64,000 nt of DNA, taken from contig CAZWQF010000006.1 of the NCBI GenBank assembly GCA_964636285.1, positions 938 through 64,937 on the forward strand, read 5' to 3'. This DNA is from an uncultured Candidatus Saccharibacteria bacterium (lineage in GTDB: Bacteria; Patescibacteriota; WWE3; UBA101185; 2-01-FULL-41-18). Shown here piece after piece: positions 27,976 to 38,076 of the stretch. Each line of letters begins with the position of its first letter. Within the stretch, counting starts at the first letter, position 1. Made by a program: the position numbers and the translations under genes. A model generated the notes under the pieces. The model saw nothing but the letters and a program-made list of their open reading frames with translations, ran no database searches and was not told the origin of the DNA.

Positions 27976-28608
27976 TTACATAGTCTTTGGCTTTGCGGGG
28001 ACACTGTCAGGGCTGTACCAATCGCAAATATCTACGCCTGTAACCCCTTTTCCACCTTCAACCTTAACTTGAATAGGGCTGTGGTCTGTACAACTTACCG
28101 TCAGTCCGCAAGGAACAGCTTTTGAATAAGAGCCTCCAAGCTTTCCTCCGTCAAGCCATGCAAACGCAACATAATTACCAGCTGGAACTGCTGTAAACGA
28201 ATAAGAAGTAGAGTTAGCAGGCATATCCATATTAAGCACCGCATTTGTAACAGTGTTCTTTAAGTAAACAGTAAGAGCTGGAATCCCCTCACCAGGGTAA
28301 CAAATCTTACCAGCAACTTTTCCTACCTTTGTAAGATCAACAGCAGGAGTTTTTTTTGAAAGCTCTAAGGACTCATCAGTACCTTGCTTGCCCGACTCAA
28401 CACTGGCAAATGGGTCTGCGTTTCCTTTAGTTTCAACAGATGCTGTGCTTTCTTTTGGCTCCTCTTTAACCTGAACTTGTTGAGCCTCGGCAGTAGGCTT
28501 GACCTCCCTAGCCTTATCAAGCTCAATCATTAGCCTATAAATTAAAAACGAAACTCCGAGAAGTGCAACTAAAATTAAAGATAAAAGGACAGCAATAACT
28601 TTTTTCAT
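27976..28608 (-). CDS. Membrane-anchored hypothetical protein with Cys-containing beta domain
   Basis: TM anchor; GKICYP, CGLTVSC, ICDW; TATAAT 6 nt before ATG. Confidence 0.7.
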   Translation of the reverse strand: MKKVIAVLLSLILVALLGVSFLIYRLMIELDKAREVKPTAEAQQVQVKEEPKESTASVETKGNADPFASVESGKQGTDESLELSKKTPAVDLTKVGKVAGKICYPGEGIPALTVYLKNTVTNAVLNMDMPANSTSYSFTAVPAGNYVAFAWLDGGKLGGSYSKAVPCGLTVSCTDHSPIQVKVEGGKGVTGVDICDWYSPDSVPAKPKTM

Positions 28609-28685
28609 CTTCTTATTATAAACAATCAAAGGTCCAAACCCAACTAAATCTGGAATACCGCACTGTAAACAGTTAGAATGAGCGT

Positions 28686-29675
28686 ATGAAAATAGCAGTT
28701 ACAAGAGAAATTCCACAAACAGGTATAGAGCATTTGAAAAAAGCCTTTGGCGAAGAAAATGTCAAAGTCCATCATGGAGCCCCAATGCCTCATGAGGAAC
28801 TCCTTGAATTCGTAAAAGGCGCGGACGGAATTCTTTCTCTTTTAACTGACAAAATTGGCGCGGACGTACTCGACTCAGCAGGGGAGCAACTAAAAGTGGT
28901 TGCAAACTACGCAGTAGGTTTTGACAACATTGATCTAGGGGCATGCACACAAAGAGGCGTGGCTGTAACAAACACTCCTGGAGTACTCACTGAAGCTGTT
29001 GCGGAGCATGTTGTTGCCCTCATGATGGCCGTTTCAAGAAGAATTGTAGAAGCTGACAATTTTGTAAGAGCAGGGAAGTACTCATACTGGGAGCCTATGC
29101 TTTTCCTTGGACCAAAAATCTACGGCAAAACTCTAGGCATTATAGGTCTGGGAAGAATCGGAGGTTACACAGCCAAAATCTGTAAGCAAGGCTTTGACAT
29201 GAAAATTATTTACCACGACGTAGTAAGAAATGACAAATTCGAGCAAGAATACGGCGCAATGTACGTCAGCATGGATGACCTTCTTGAAAAGTCAGACTTT
29301 GTCTCCATAAACGTGCCATTAATGCCGTCAACCCATCATTTATTTGGCGAAAAAGAATTCAAAAAGATGAAACCAACTGCAATTCTTATTAACACAGCAA
29401 GAGGCCCTGTCGTCGATGAAAAAGCTCTAGTTGTAGCACTTAGAGAAAAATGGATTGAAGGCGCTGGAATTGATGTTTTTGAAGAAGAACCAAAACTAGC
29501 CGAAGGGTTAAAAGATCTTGCAAATGTTGTTCTAACGCCACATATAGCAAGCGCAACAAGAGAAGCCAGAATCGAAATGGCAAGACTTGCGGTTCAAGGC
29601 GTAACTGAGGTCCTTCTGGATAAAAAGAGCCCAACAAACCTAGTTAACAAAGACGTAAAGCTGAAATTAATTTAG
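28686..29675 (+). CDS. D-2-hydroxyacid dehydrogenase (glyoxylate/hydroxypyruvate reductase family)
   Basis: AVGFDNID, GLGRIG, NTARG, DVFEEEP, TPHIAS. Confidence 0.92.
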   Translation: MKIAVTREIPQTGIEHLKKAFGEENVKVHHGAPMPHEELLEFVKGADGILSLLTDKIGADVLDSAGEQLKVVANYAVGFDNIDLGACTQRGVAVTNTPGVLTEAVAEHVVALMMAVSRRIVEADNFVRAGKYSYWEPMLFLGPKIYGKTLGIIGLGRIGGYTAKICKQGFDMKIIYHDVVRNDKFEQEYGAMYVSMDDLLEKSDFVSINVPLMPSTHHLFGEKEFKKMKPTAILINTARGPVVDEKALVVALREKWIEGAGIDVFEEEPKLAEGLKDLANVVLTPHIASATREARIEMARLAVQGVTEVLLDKKSPTNLVNKDVKLKLI

Positions 29676-29691
29676 GAAGTTCATTTACATT

Positions 29692-29747
29692 AAAAGGTGC
29701 TTGGGCGTCAACTTGCAATCGCAAGATAGAAAGACCGCCCAAGCACC
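29692..29747 (-). terminator. Long hairpin terminator of island 6
   Basis: GGTGCTTGGGCG / CGCCCAAGCACC arms, inner CTTGC/GCAAG stem, TTTT. Confidence 0.8.
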
Positions 29748-29780
29748 GTACCGACTCACCACACTACCGCGATCCAAAGT

Positions 29781-29981
29781 TCATTGTTTGGCGACTATAC
29801 CGCCACCAAACAAGATCAGGAAGAGCGCCGCGGCCCCAGCACAGATTGGATTGAAAAAGCCACTAGTAGCTTGCGCAACGGGAGCTAATAGAAGCGCAAG
29901 TAGGAGGCCGACCAATACCACAACTACTACAAGCCCCAGAAAAAATAACATTGAAAAGAGGGCCGTTTTATCTCTGTCCAT
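29781..29981 (-). CDS. Orphan island 6: 66 aa two-TM protein
   Basis: AAGGAG 6 nt before ATG 29981; two hydrophobic helices. Confidence 0.75.
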   Translation of the reverse strand: MDRDKTALFSMLFFLGLVVVVVLVGLLLALLLAPVAQATSGFFNPICAGAAALFLILFGGGIVAKQ

Positions 29982-30063
29982 GGGAGGCTCCTTAAGGCGT
30001 ATAGGCACTAGGCCTATCCAAAGTTGTTGGCAGGATTGTACTCTAGGCTAACAGAGGAATCAA
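29982..30063 (-). promoter_or_regulatory. Island 6 promoter and leader
   Basis: TTGATT-17-TACAAT; GCCAACAACT; hairpin ATAGGC/GCCTAT; AAGGAG. Confidence 0.7.
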
Positions 30064-30115
30064 ATGGCGTATACCATCTCGACAAATACATTAATTTCAA
30101 GCTAGTATTCATTAA

Positions 30116-30802
30116 ATGACTGTAACAAAGCCTTCTTCAAAACTTAGAGACATAATTCTTGGCGGACAAGACGGTCTTGTAAATGTTTTAGGTGTGATCC
30201 TTGGCGTATCCGCTGCAACCCCAGACATGAGAATCATAATAGTCTCCGGCCTTGCTGCCACATTTGCAGAGAGCATCTCCATGGCAGCAGTAGCTTACAC
30301 TTCCACAGAAGCAACATTAAGCGAGTACTACAAAAGTAGAAAAAACGAAGAAGACCTTGTGGACAAAGACCCAGAAAGCCAAAAAGAAGATGTAAGGGTA
30401 GTTTTAAGAAAATGGGGCTTTGAAAGTGAACTTCTAGAAGAAACAACAGAAAAAATAACCCAAGACAAAGCAAGGTGGGTAAAATTCATGATGCACGAGG
30501 AATTAGGTCTTTCAAAGCACACAATTGAAAACCCGGTTTTATCTGCCATAGTAGTAGGCTTGGCTTCATTTGGGGGATCGGTAATACCCCTAATACCCTA
30601 CTTCCTAATTAACTCCGCAGCCCCAGCCTCGTACATTGCAATTAGCATATCTGCTATAAGCCTTTTTATTGTAGGTTTCATGAAAGCCAAACAAACCGTA
30701 GGAAGTCCATGGACTTCGGGAATAAAAATAATGGTGATTGGGATGGTATCAGCATTCTGTGGATATTTGATAGGAAAAGTTCTTGGAAGCGCTTCTTATT
30801 AA
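30116..30802 (+). CDS. VIT1/CCC1 family metal transporter
   Basis: LGGQDGLV, ISMA, MMHEELG. Confidence 0.9.
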   Translation: MTVTKPSSKLRDIILGGQDGLVNVLGVILGVSAATPDMRIIIVSGLAATFAESISMAAVAYTSTEATLSEYYKSRKNEEDLVDKDPESQKEDVRVVLRKWGFESELLEETTEKITQDKARWVKFMMHEELGLSKHTIENPVLSAIVVGLASFGGSVIPLIPYFLINSAAPASYIAISISAISLFIVGFMKAKQTVGSPWTSGIKIMVIGMVSAFCGYLIGKVLGSASY

Positions 30803-31206
30803 GCGCCTTGTGTAACTGCTTTATTCAGAAGCTTAGTGATACTTAGTTGAAACTCGAGCAACCCTTTTATATTACCTGATGCTTTTCCAGTAAGCTTTAA
30901 TCCTTCAAGCATAGTTCTTGCGTCCACAAGTTCTGCAAAAAGTATTGCAAGATCATCTACATCCATAAAGTTAATGGACTCAATCTTATCCGAAAGATAC
31001 TCAAGCTTTGTGGCTCTAAGTGCAAGCCTTAGCTTCTCTTGACCATAGTATTCACCACTCAAAAAAGTCGAAACGCCACTTAGGTACTTTGACCTCATCT
31101 CAAGGTATCTTTTAACATCAGAAGCCTCAAGCCTCTCTTTTTCAAGCTCAAGCAAGGATTTTATGTAGTTAACATTTACTGCGCTATCAAGTAATGCGTC
31201 GCTCAT
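30799..31206 (-). CDS. Hypothetical helical protein
   Basis: Directly downstream of the response regulator gene, background composition. Confidence 0.6.
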   Translation of the reverse strand: MSDALLDSAVNVNYIKSLLELEKERLEASDVKRYLEMRSKYLSGVSTFLSGEYYGQEKLRLALRATKLEYLSDKIESINFMDVDDLAILFAELVDARTMLEGLKLTGKASGNIKGLLEFQLSITKLLNKAVTQGA

Positions 31207-31208
31207 AT

Positions 31209-31592
31209 TTAAACTGTGACAGGGGCTTCCACAAACCCCTTAACTTCCTTTAAAAGCTCCTCTTTGTTAACTCTCGCTTTTAAAAAGTATCCAACAGCCC
31301 CAAGCTCAAATGCTCTCTTAACAAGCGAATCATCGGCAAGGTTTGTGAGCATTGCCACAGGAACCCTACTGTTGATCTTTGATACGTCTGCAAGAACAGA
31401 AATACCATCTTTACCTGGGAGCATGATATCAAGCAAAACAAGGTCAAAAACTTCGGTTTGAAATTTATCTACTGCATCAGGTCCTGTGTCTGCAGTAACA
31501 ACAGTATAACCCTCACTAAGAAGGTACATCTGGAAGAGTTCCCTGATAAATTTTTCGTCTTCAACAAGCAAAATCTTTTTTCCAACGAGCAT
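31209..31592 (-). CDS. Single-domain response regulator
   Basis: VEDE, LLDIMLP, MLTN, FLK. Confidence 0.9.
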   Translation of the reverse strand: MLVGKKILLVEDEKFIRELFQMYLLSEGYTVVTADTGPDAVDKFQTEVFDLVLLDIMLPGKDGISVLADVSKINSRVPVAMLTNLADDSLVKRAFELGAVGYFLKARVNKEELLKEVKGFVEAPVTV

Positions 31593-31628
31593 TGAGTTTA
31601 TTCTATGAAACTGATACCATATCGGTCA

Positions 31629-32267
31629 ATGCGCGCGATTAAAGAAAACCTTGTGATAATCGTAATAGTGGCTGTTACAATCTTAGGCTTTTTTGGCGTA
31701 GTCTTTATGGCAAGTGGGCAAGAAAAGAAGTCAGAACAAGCTCAAACCATTGACATGGAAGTGCTACTTACAGAAGGGACCAACGTAAAAGGTGAGGCCA
31801 CGGCCAGTGTAACTCTAGTTGAATTTTCAGACTTTCAATGCCCAGCATGCGGGGCTTTTTACCCCCTAATAAAACAACTTGAATTAAAATTCAAAGACCA
31901 ACTAAAAATTGCGTTCAAGCATTTTCCTCTTCCACAACACAAAGACGCTCAAAAAGCAGCCGAAGCATCGGAAGCCGCAGGGGAGCAGGGCAAGTTCTGG
32001 GAATACCATGACATTCTTTTTGCAAATCAGGAGCGCTTAGCCGTAGAGGATCTTAAAAAGTACGCAAAAGAACTGGGACTTGATGAAGCCAAATTTAACC
32101 AGGCTCTAGATTCAGGAAAATTTGCTGACAAAGTCAAGGCTGATGAGAGCCTTGCAAACAGAATTGGGGTAAACGCTACCCCAACTTTTTACTTAAACGG
32201 TAAAAAACTTGTGATAAGGGAGGGTACAGACATTGAAAAGGCTATTCTCCAGGAACTTGGAAAGTAA
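31629..32267 (+). CDS. Second membrane-anchored DsbA-family oxidoreductase
   Basis: EFSDFQCPAC, ATPTF, TM anchor. Confidence 0.9.
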   Translation: MRAIKENLVIIVIVAVTILGFFGVVFMASGQEKKSEQAQTIDMEVLLTEGTNVKGEATASVTLVEFSDFQCPACGAFYPLIKQLELKFKDQLKIAFKHFPLPQHKDAQKAAEASEAAGEQGKFWEYHDILFANQERLAVEDLKKYAKELGLDEAKFNQALDSGKFADKVKADESLANRIGVNATPTFYLNGKKLVIREGTDIEKAILQELGK

Positions 32268-32272
32268 AGCCA

Positions 32273-32923
32273 CTAAACTTTAAACGCTGAAGGGCAGACT
32301 TTATTAAGCACGCACGAATCGCACTTTGGTTTTCTTGCAACACAAACGTACCTCCCATGAAGCACTATGGCGCTACTCACATATCTCCAATCCTTCTTGT
32401 CAAAAATCTCCATTAAGTCTCTTTCAATTTTTACAGGATCTTTTTGTTCCGTGAGCCCAAGCCTATTCATAACCCTTGTCATGTGAGTGTCCACAACAAC
32501 CCCTTCGGCAATATTAAATGCTTCATTTAAAATTACGTTTGCAGACTTTCTTGCAATTCCGGGAAGCCTCATGAGCTCTTCCATTGTCTGGGGCATTTTG
32601 CTTCCAAATTCGGTCACAAGAGCTCTTGCCATCCCAATCAAAGATTTTGCCTTATTGTTAAAAAAATTAACACTTTTTATATATGTTTTAAGCTCGTCTA
32701 TGTCAGCTTCAGCTAAAGACTTAGCATCAGGGTACCTTTCAAAGAGGGCAGGAGTTACTTTGTTAACAAGCTTGTCTGTGCACATAGCTGCAAGAATTAC
32801 AGAACAGGCAAGCTGAAATGGGTCTATAAAAGAAAGTTCAGTTTTTGGCTCTGGTGTTACTTTTTTTAACAAGGGGATAATTTGTCCGGCTAGTTCTTTT
32901 TTTTGTTCTATTGATATAGGCAT
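32273..32923 (-). CDS. nth: Endonuclease III
   Basis: LPGIARKSA helix-hairpin-helix, VVDTH, C-terminal 4Fe-4S cysteine motif. Confidence 0.94.
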   Translation of the reverse strand: MPISIEQKKELAGQIIPLLKKVTPEPKTELSFIDPFQLACSVILAAMCTDKLVNKVTPALFERYPDAKSLAEADIDELKTYIKSVNFFNNKAKSLIGMARALVTEFGSKMPQTMEELMRLPGIARKSANVILNEAFNIAEGVVVDTHMTRVMNRLGLTEQKDPVKIERDLMEIFDKKDWRYVSSAIVLHGRYVCVARKPKCDSCVLNKVCPSAFKV

Positions 32924-32979
32924 TCTCGTAATTTATAGCGGAGGCCGTGATTTGTAAAGTATAATAAATTTGTTCAAAG

Positions 32980-34545
32980 ATGAAGTACCTTAACTACCCC
33001 GTGCGGTTTATCAAATGGTTACTACTTAAGATTGTGATTCCACTTGTCACAAGTACAGTGATTGCTATAGGAATTGCCTATTTTATTTCGGTTAAATATA
33101 ACGTCCAAAATCCCTTTTTAAGTTTAGTCACAAATAGACCTTATCATGTCCTACTTGCAGGGACAGGTTCGATGTATCCAACGCTTTATTGGGATAAAAA
33201 GCAGGGCGGCCCTGACGACTATCAAGAGGCCAAAACGCAAAACCTGGAAAGAGTAAGCCCAGGAATGGTGTATAGAGTGGACATTAACCCTCAAAAGGTG
33301 TCTTCTGGGTTTAAAAGTAAAACGGGACTTGATCTACCCGAACTCTCCGCACTTAAATTTTCGTACCCCAGCGTAGGCTTTGGAGACATTGTTTCATTCT
33401 CAAGCGCTTCTAGCACGGAAAGCTACATCAAAAGAGCGATTGGGCTTCCTGGAGACAAAATAGTAATTAAAGATGGCTTTGTAGTAAGAAATGGAGAGGT
33501 TTTACATGAGCCGTACACATACAAGCCAAGATCTACATTCGGAGGAAAATCAATTCCCGAATGCAAGGAAGTCACAGTCCCTGAAGGAAGCATCATGGCT
33601 CTTGGGGACAACAGAAAAATCAGTATGGACTCAAGGGCGGATTTGGGCTTTGTTAAGCTATCAACTGTAGATTTTGTCCTACCTTATGGCAAACAAGACG
33701 CTTTAAAAGACACCTGGAGGAAAATCGAAGAAACCGAATTTGGTAGCAACGTAGCCACACTTAACGCACAAGACTTCCTTCAAAGAGTAAACACGCTCAG
33801 AAAAGAGCAGGGGTTAAAAGAGCTTTCTATAGATCAAAAGCTCAACGAGGCAACAAAAGCCAGAGCTAACTTCATTCTTGATAACGATAACTACACAACA
33901 AAAGATTCAAACGGAAAAAGTTTTGCAACAATGGAAATGGAGAGGGCAGACTATACAAATATTTTAACAGCTGAGTACCTTGTTCAAGGTTATTTGGAAG
34001 CTTCCGATCTAATGGAACTAAGACTTGAGAGTAAGGAGCTAAGCGCGCTGCTTCTTGAAAAGAATTATACAGATGTAGGAATAGCGGTTGTAAATAAAAA
34101 CGTAAGAAACTGCCCAACACAAGTAACCGTAATTCACTTTGGAGGCTACATCCCAGCAACATACCCAGAAGAGACCGTTAAGTCGTGGAAAGAGGCCTCT
34201 GAGCGTGCTGTGGAGTCTTCCAAGACATGGAAGGAGGCAAGGGACAACAAGTTCTACGATCAGGATAAGCTAAATAAGCTTTTAGATAAGTATGAGGCGA
34301 TAATCGACATCGCAAGCGCCATATACAACAAGGTTAAAAACAGACTTTGGCTTACAGATACAGATAACGCCAAAATTGAAGAGTACAAAAGGCAACTTAC
34401 TCAAATTTCGGATCTTTCAAACGAATTAAACAACACTGCAAAAGAAGAGGTTGAAAAGATCAAGAAAGATAATTACCAAAAATGTACATCAAATTGGCAA
34501 CTATACGTTAGCAAAAAAGACGAGTGTAAAAAGTTCCTTGAATAG
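32980..34545 (+). CDS. Signal peptidase I (S26) fused to a CAP/SCP-like domain and coiled coil
   Basis: GSMYPTL, YIKRAIGLPGD, GDNRKISMDSR; then VNTLRKEQGL...YTDVGIAV (CAP-like). Confidence 0.8.
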   Translation: MKYLNYPVRFIKWLLLKIVIPLVTSTVIAIGIAYFISVKYNVQNPFLSLVTNRPYHVLLAGTGSMYPTLYWDKKQGGPDDYQEAKTQNLERVSPGMVYRVDINPQKVSSGFKSKTGLDLPELSALKFSYPSVGFGDIVSFSSASSTESYIKRAIGLPGDKIVIKDGFVVRNGEVLHEPYTYKPRSTFGGKSIPECKEVTVPEGSIMALGDNRKISMDSRADLGFVKLSTVDFVLPYGKQDALKDTWRKIEETEFGSNVATLNAQDFLQRVNTLRKEQGLKELSIDQKLNEATKARANFILDNDNYTTKDSNGKSFATMEMERADYTNILTAEYLVQGYLEASDLMELRLESKELSALLLEKNYTDVGIAVVNKNVRNCPTQVTVIHFGGYIPATYPEETVKSWKEASERAVESSKTWKEARDNKFYDQDKLNKLLDKYEAIIDIASAIYNKVKNRLWLTDTDNAKIEEYKRQLTQISDLSNELNNTAKEEVEKIKKDNYQKCTSNWQLYVSKKDECKKFLE

Positions 34546-34547
34546 AG

Positions 34548-35495
34548 CTAAAACATTTGGAGTTGTGATTTATCAGCTGGGGTGCTTTTTTTATTTTTAT
34601 TTACACCAGGTGCAGAATCCTCAGGTTCAAAACCAAGCTTTCTTATTAAGGATTTAAAATTATATTTTTTTAGAACCTCAAGCACCTTCAACCTATCTGA
34701 GGACTTGATTTTGGAAGCATCTAGCTCAATTTCTAATTCAAGGTCGGTGATTATGGTAGCTAACGTCTTACTAAGGTATGCCATTTCCTTATCTCGATTA
34801 AGTTTATTTCTCACTGACTCTACTTTAATTTTTGGAATATTTTTATAAATTGTATCTAAATCTTTGAAAGCTAATACTAGCTCTTTAGCGGTTTTATCTC
34901 CTATGCCTTTAACTCCGGGAATGTTATCGCTTGTGTCCCCTCTTAACGCCTTATAGTCACACAAGTTCACAGGCTCAAATCCATTCTTTTTGATGAATTC
35001 CGGCTTTCCAAAATAAACTTGCCCATCTTTTGCATCTGGAAAAAAGAGCTTCACATTTCCATCAATACCGAGTAGCTGAGTAATGTCGGCATCCTTTGAA
35101 ACAATAACAACATCAAAATCTTCTGAGGCCGCTTTCTTAGCCACCGAGCCAATGACATCATCAGCCTCATACCCGCTCTTAAATACCTGAGTAATACCAA
35201 AAGCGGTTAAAATATCTTTGATTTTTGGGATTTGAGAAGCAAGGTCTGGATCTAGTTCTTTCCTATGAGCCTTATAGGCTTCGAACATCTTCTTTCTGTT
35301 TAGCTTTTCATCTTTTTCATCTATGGCTGCAATAACATGAGTAGGTTTAGCCATGTCTAGAGTGGAAATGAGCATGGAGGTAAAACCATAAATTGCATTG
35401 GTTGGATTGCCCTCCTTGTCTTTAAAAGTCTTTGGAAAAGCATGAAAAGCCCTATGAATATAATTAAAGGTGTCTATTAAAAGAAGCCTCTTCAC
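34548..35495 (-). CDS. Stand-alone 5'-3' exonuclease (PolA N-terminal/FEN-like)
   Basis: LLLID, YKAHR, EADDVIG, GDTSDNIPGVKGIG. Confidence 0.92.
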   Translation of the reverse strand: MKRLLLIDTFNYIHRAFHAFPKTFKDKEGNPTNAIYGFTSMLISTLDMAKPTHVIAAIDEKDEKLNRKKMFEAYKAHRKELDPDLASQIPKIKDILTAFGITQVFKSGYEADDVIGSVAKKAASEDFDVVIVSKDADITQLLGIDGNVKLFFPDAKDGQVYFGKPEFIKKNGFEPVNLCDYKALRGDTSDNIPGVKGIGDKTAKELVLAFKDLDTIYKNIPKIKVESVRNKLNRDKEMAYLSKTLATIITDLELEIELDASKIKSSDRLKVLEVLKKYNFKSLIRKLGFEPEDSAPGVNKNKKSTPADKSQLQMF

Positions 35496-35559
35496 TAAGT
35501 GAGAATACCACGGAGAGAATATAAAGCGCTAACACTAGAGTTACTTTAGCGAACGATTA

Positions 35560-35590
35560 CCAAGGGGCGCTATATCTAAACGCCCCTTGG
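35560..35590 (-). terminator. 3' hairpin of island 7
   Basis: CCAAGGGGCG / CGCCCCTTGG perfect 10-bp arms; weak U-tract. Confidence 0.65.
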
Positions 35591-35606
35591 CAAGTTTCCT
35601 ACTTAT

Positions 35607-35831
35607 CTAATACTGAGGAGGTGTCTTGGAGTCTTCAGGTGGTGATGGTTTCTTAGAGGAGACCCTACCCACAAAGACCCAAAGCACGAGCAGCAGAACC
35701 AAACAAATCACGCCAAGAGCTGGATTACTGGGTATATCGCCAAAGGATAGCAATACCCCAATCAGAAGAATCAAACTCGGCCCTCCTATGAGAAGGCAAC
35801 CCATTGAAAACCTAAAGGCGCTTGAGCTCAT
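35607..35831 (-). CDS. Orphan island 7, gene b: 74 aa two-TM protein
   Basis: AAGGAG 5 nt before ATG; two TM helices and KKP...Y tail. Confidence 0.75.
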   Translation of the reverse strand: MSSSAFRFSMGCLLIGGPSLILLIGVLLSFGDIPSNPALGVICLVLLLVLWVFVGRVSSKKPSPPEDSKTPPQY

Positions 35832-35875
35832 GGTAACTCCTTACTAACGAATGGGCGACTCATCAAACCTGTTTG

Positions 35876-36136
35876 TTACATCCCCTTCCCACTCCAGTCC
35901 TCCTTATATTCTGGGGACTCAGATGTTTTTCGGACGGTAGATTCCTCTGCCTTAGGCTTTTTTGGTGAAGGGGTGTAGTAGCCCTGTATACCCCAAACCA
36001 CTATCACAACAGCCATTACCAGGATCGCACCGCACCCCCATTGAACCACAGGCAAGTCTCTACATGACCACAGGATAAAACCCCAACAGACGATCCCAAA
36101 CAGAAAGCAGAGGGAGTTAGCCAAACCTCTCATCAC
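35876..36136 (-). CDS. Orphan island 7, gene a: 85-86 aa two-TM protein
   Basis: AGGAGGTG before GTG ATG; two TM helices and KKP...Y tail. Confidence 0.75.
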   Translation of the reverse strand: MMRGLANSLCFLFGIVCWGFILWSCRDLPVVQWGCGAILVMAVVIVVWGIQGYYTPSPKKPKAEESTVRKTSESPEYKEDWSGKGM

Positions 36137-36198
36137 GGGACACCTCCTAGTGAAAATAGTTGTTGGCGTGATTCTAACAAAAAATGTTAACTTAGCAA
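36137..36198 (-). promoter_or_regulatory. Island 7 promoter and leader
   Basis: TTGCTA-16-TAGAAT (the -35 lies inside the ftsH 3' end); GCCAACAACT; AGGAGGTG. Confidence 0.65.
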
Positions 36199-38058
36199 TT
36201 CGTTTTTGGGGTGTTTAAAGCCAATAAGTTTTTCAAAATCCTCGGCCTCAAGGGTTTCTTTCACAATTAATTCTTCAGAAATTTTATCTAGCTGATCTCT
36301 ATGCTTAATCAAAATGTTCTTTGCGTTCTCAAAACAGGTATCAACAATCTTTTTAATTTCAGAATCAATTTTCTTTGTCACTTCTTCACTAAATGACTTG
36401 GATTCTCCCATCTGCATGGCCATAAATGATCTTCTTTCATCAACGGCATAATTGATAGGCCCAAGGTCACTCATTCCCCATTCGGTAACCATTCTTCTAG
36501 CAATATCAGAAGCCTTCTCAATGTCATTTGATGCGCCAACAGTCTGCTCTTTAAATACAATTTCTTCTGCAGCCCTTCCTCCCAACGAGGTTGTAATCAT
36601 AGACATAAGCCTTGTCTTTGTTTCATTAACTCTGTCATTTGTTGGAGGAAAAAGCGTGAATCCAAGCGACATACCTCTAGAAATTATTGAAATCCTATGC
36701 ACAGGGTCCATATTCTCAGAGTAAGCAGCAACTATCGCGTGACCTGCTTCATGATAAGCAACAACTTTTCTTTCCTCCTCTGACTGCATTTTCTTTTTCT
36801 CAGGACCAAGCTGAACCTTCAGTGCTGCTTCCTCAAGATCTTTGGAATCAACTGTCTTTTTACCAGCTCTTGCAGCAAGAATTGCGGCCTCGTTTATCAT
36901 GTTCTCAATATCAGCACCAGTAAAACCAACTGTTCTTCTAGCAATCTTTTCGGTATTTACATCTTCAACAAAAGGCTTGCCTTTCATGTGAAGCTTTATA
37001 ATCTCTTCTCTTTCTTTAAGGTCAGGAAGGGCAATCATGACTCTTCTATCAAACCTGCCTGGTCTAACAAGAGCCGAATCAAGCATGTCTGGCCTATTTG
37101 TTGCAGCAAGCACAATTACGCTAGTTCTTGGATCAAAACCATCCATCTCAACAAGAATCTGGTTCAAAGTTTGCTCTCTTTCATCATGACCTCCGCCTAT
37201 GCCCATTCCCCTTTGCCTTCCAATAGCATCAACCTCATCAATAAAAATTAACGAAGGCTGACTTGCCTTTGCCATCTCAAACAAATCTCTAACTCTCGCG
37301 CTTCCAACACCCACAAGCATTTCCATGAACTCGCTACCAGCAACGCTAAAGAAAGGTACATTAGCTTCACCAGCCACTGCCTTTGCCAAAAGCGTTTTAC
37401 CAACCCCAGCTGCCCCAACAAGCAAAACTCCTCTTGGAACTCTAGCTCCAAGAGCTCTGTACTTTGCAGGATTCTTCAAAAAGTCTACAACCTCAACAAG
37501 TTCTGCTTTTGCCTCTGCATTTCCAGCAACATCAGTGAACTTCACAGTAGAGTTATTCTTATTAAAAAGCTTGGCTTTAGACTTACCAAAGGCAAAAACG
37601 TCACCACCAGCCCCTTTAACCTGCCTAAATAAAAACAGGATGAATAGAATGGGAAGACCAATCTGTAAGAGAGTGACCCAAAAATCCATCCAAGGAACCG
37701 ATTGACTAACCTCAACACCGCCACTTATTTTTGAGATTTCAATGCTGTTATTCTTCAATAGATCAGAAAAGCTAATAGAAGATTCTTTTTCCGAAGCAAA
37801 CCTTGCCCCATCTTTTAACTCCACTTTAAGAAGGTCTCTATCTACAACCACCTTACTTACTTTATCTTCTTTTATAAGAACCAGCATTTCAGAAAGTGGT
37901 TTTTTTATACCTGCAACAGAGTCTTGAGCAGCACTGCTAAAGACCATTAGGGCCAAAAAAGATACAAAGAGCCAAAAGAAAACGTTATTAAATAATCCCT
38001 TTGGCTTAAGCTTTCCCACCTGATTTTGAATATTTTTTTTCTTATCGCTTGCTGGCAT
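36187..38058 (-). CDS. ftsH: ATP-dependent zinc metalloprotease FtsH
   Basis: Two TM helices, Walker A GAAGVGKT, FIDEVD, RPGRFDR, HEAGH. Confidence 0.97.
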   Translation of the reverse strand: MPASDKKKNIQNQVGKLKPKGLFNNVFFWLFVSFLALMVFSSAAQDSVAGIKKPLSEMLVLIKEDKVSKVVVDRDLLKVELKDGARFASEKESSISFSDLLKNNSIEISKISGGVEVSQSVPWMDFWVTLLQIGLPILFILFLFRQVKGAGGDVFAFGKSKAKLFNKNNSTVKFTDVAGNAEAKAELVEVVDFLKNPAKYRALGARVPRGVLLVGAAGVGKTLLAKAVAGEANVPFFSVAGSEFMEMLVGVGSARVRDLFEMAKASQPSLIFIDEVDAIGRQRGMGIGGGHDEREQTLNQILVEMDGFDPRTSVIVLAATNRPDMLDSALVRPGRFDRRVMIALPDLKEREEIIKLHMKGKPFVEDVNTEKIARRTVGFTGADIENMINEAAILAARAGKKTVDSKDLEEAALKVQLGPEKKKMQSEEERKVVAYHEAGHAIVAAYSENMDPVHRISIISRGMSLGFTLFPPTNDRVNETKTRLMSMITTSLGGRAAEEIVFKEQTVGASNDIEKASDIARRMVTEWGMSDLGPINYAVDERRSFMAMQMGESKSFSEEVTKKIDSEIKKIVDTCFENAKNILIKHRDQLDKISEELIVKETLEAEDFEKLIGFKHPKNELLS

Positions 38059-38076
38059 CTGGAAGAGTATATCAGA

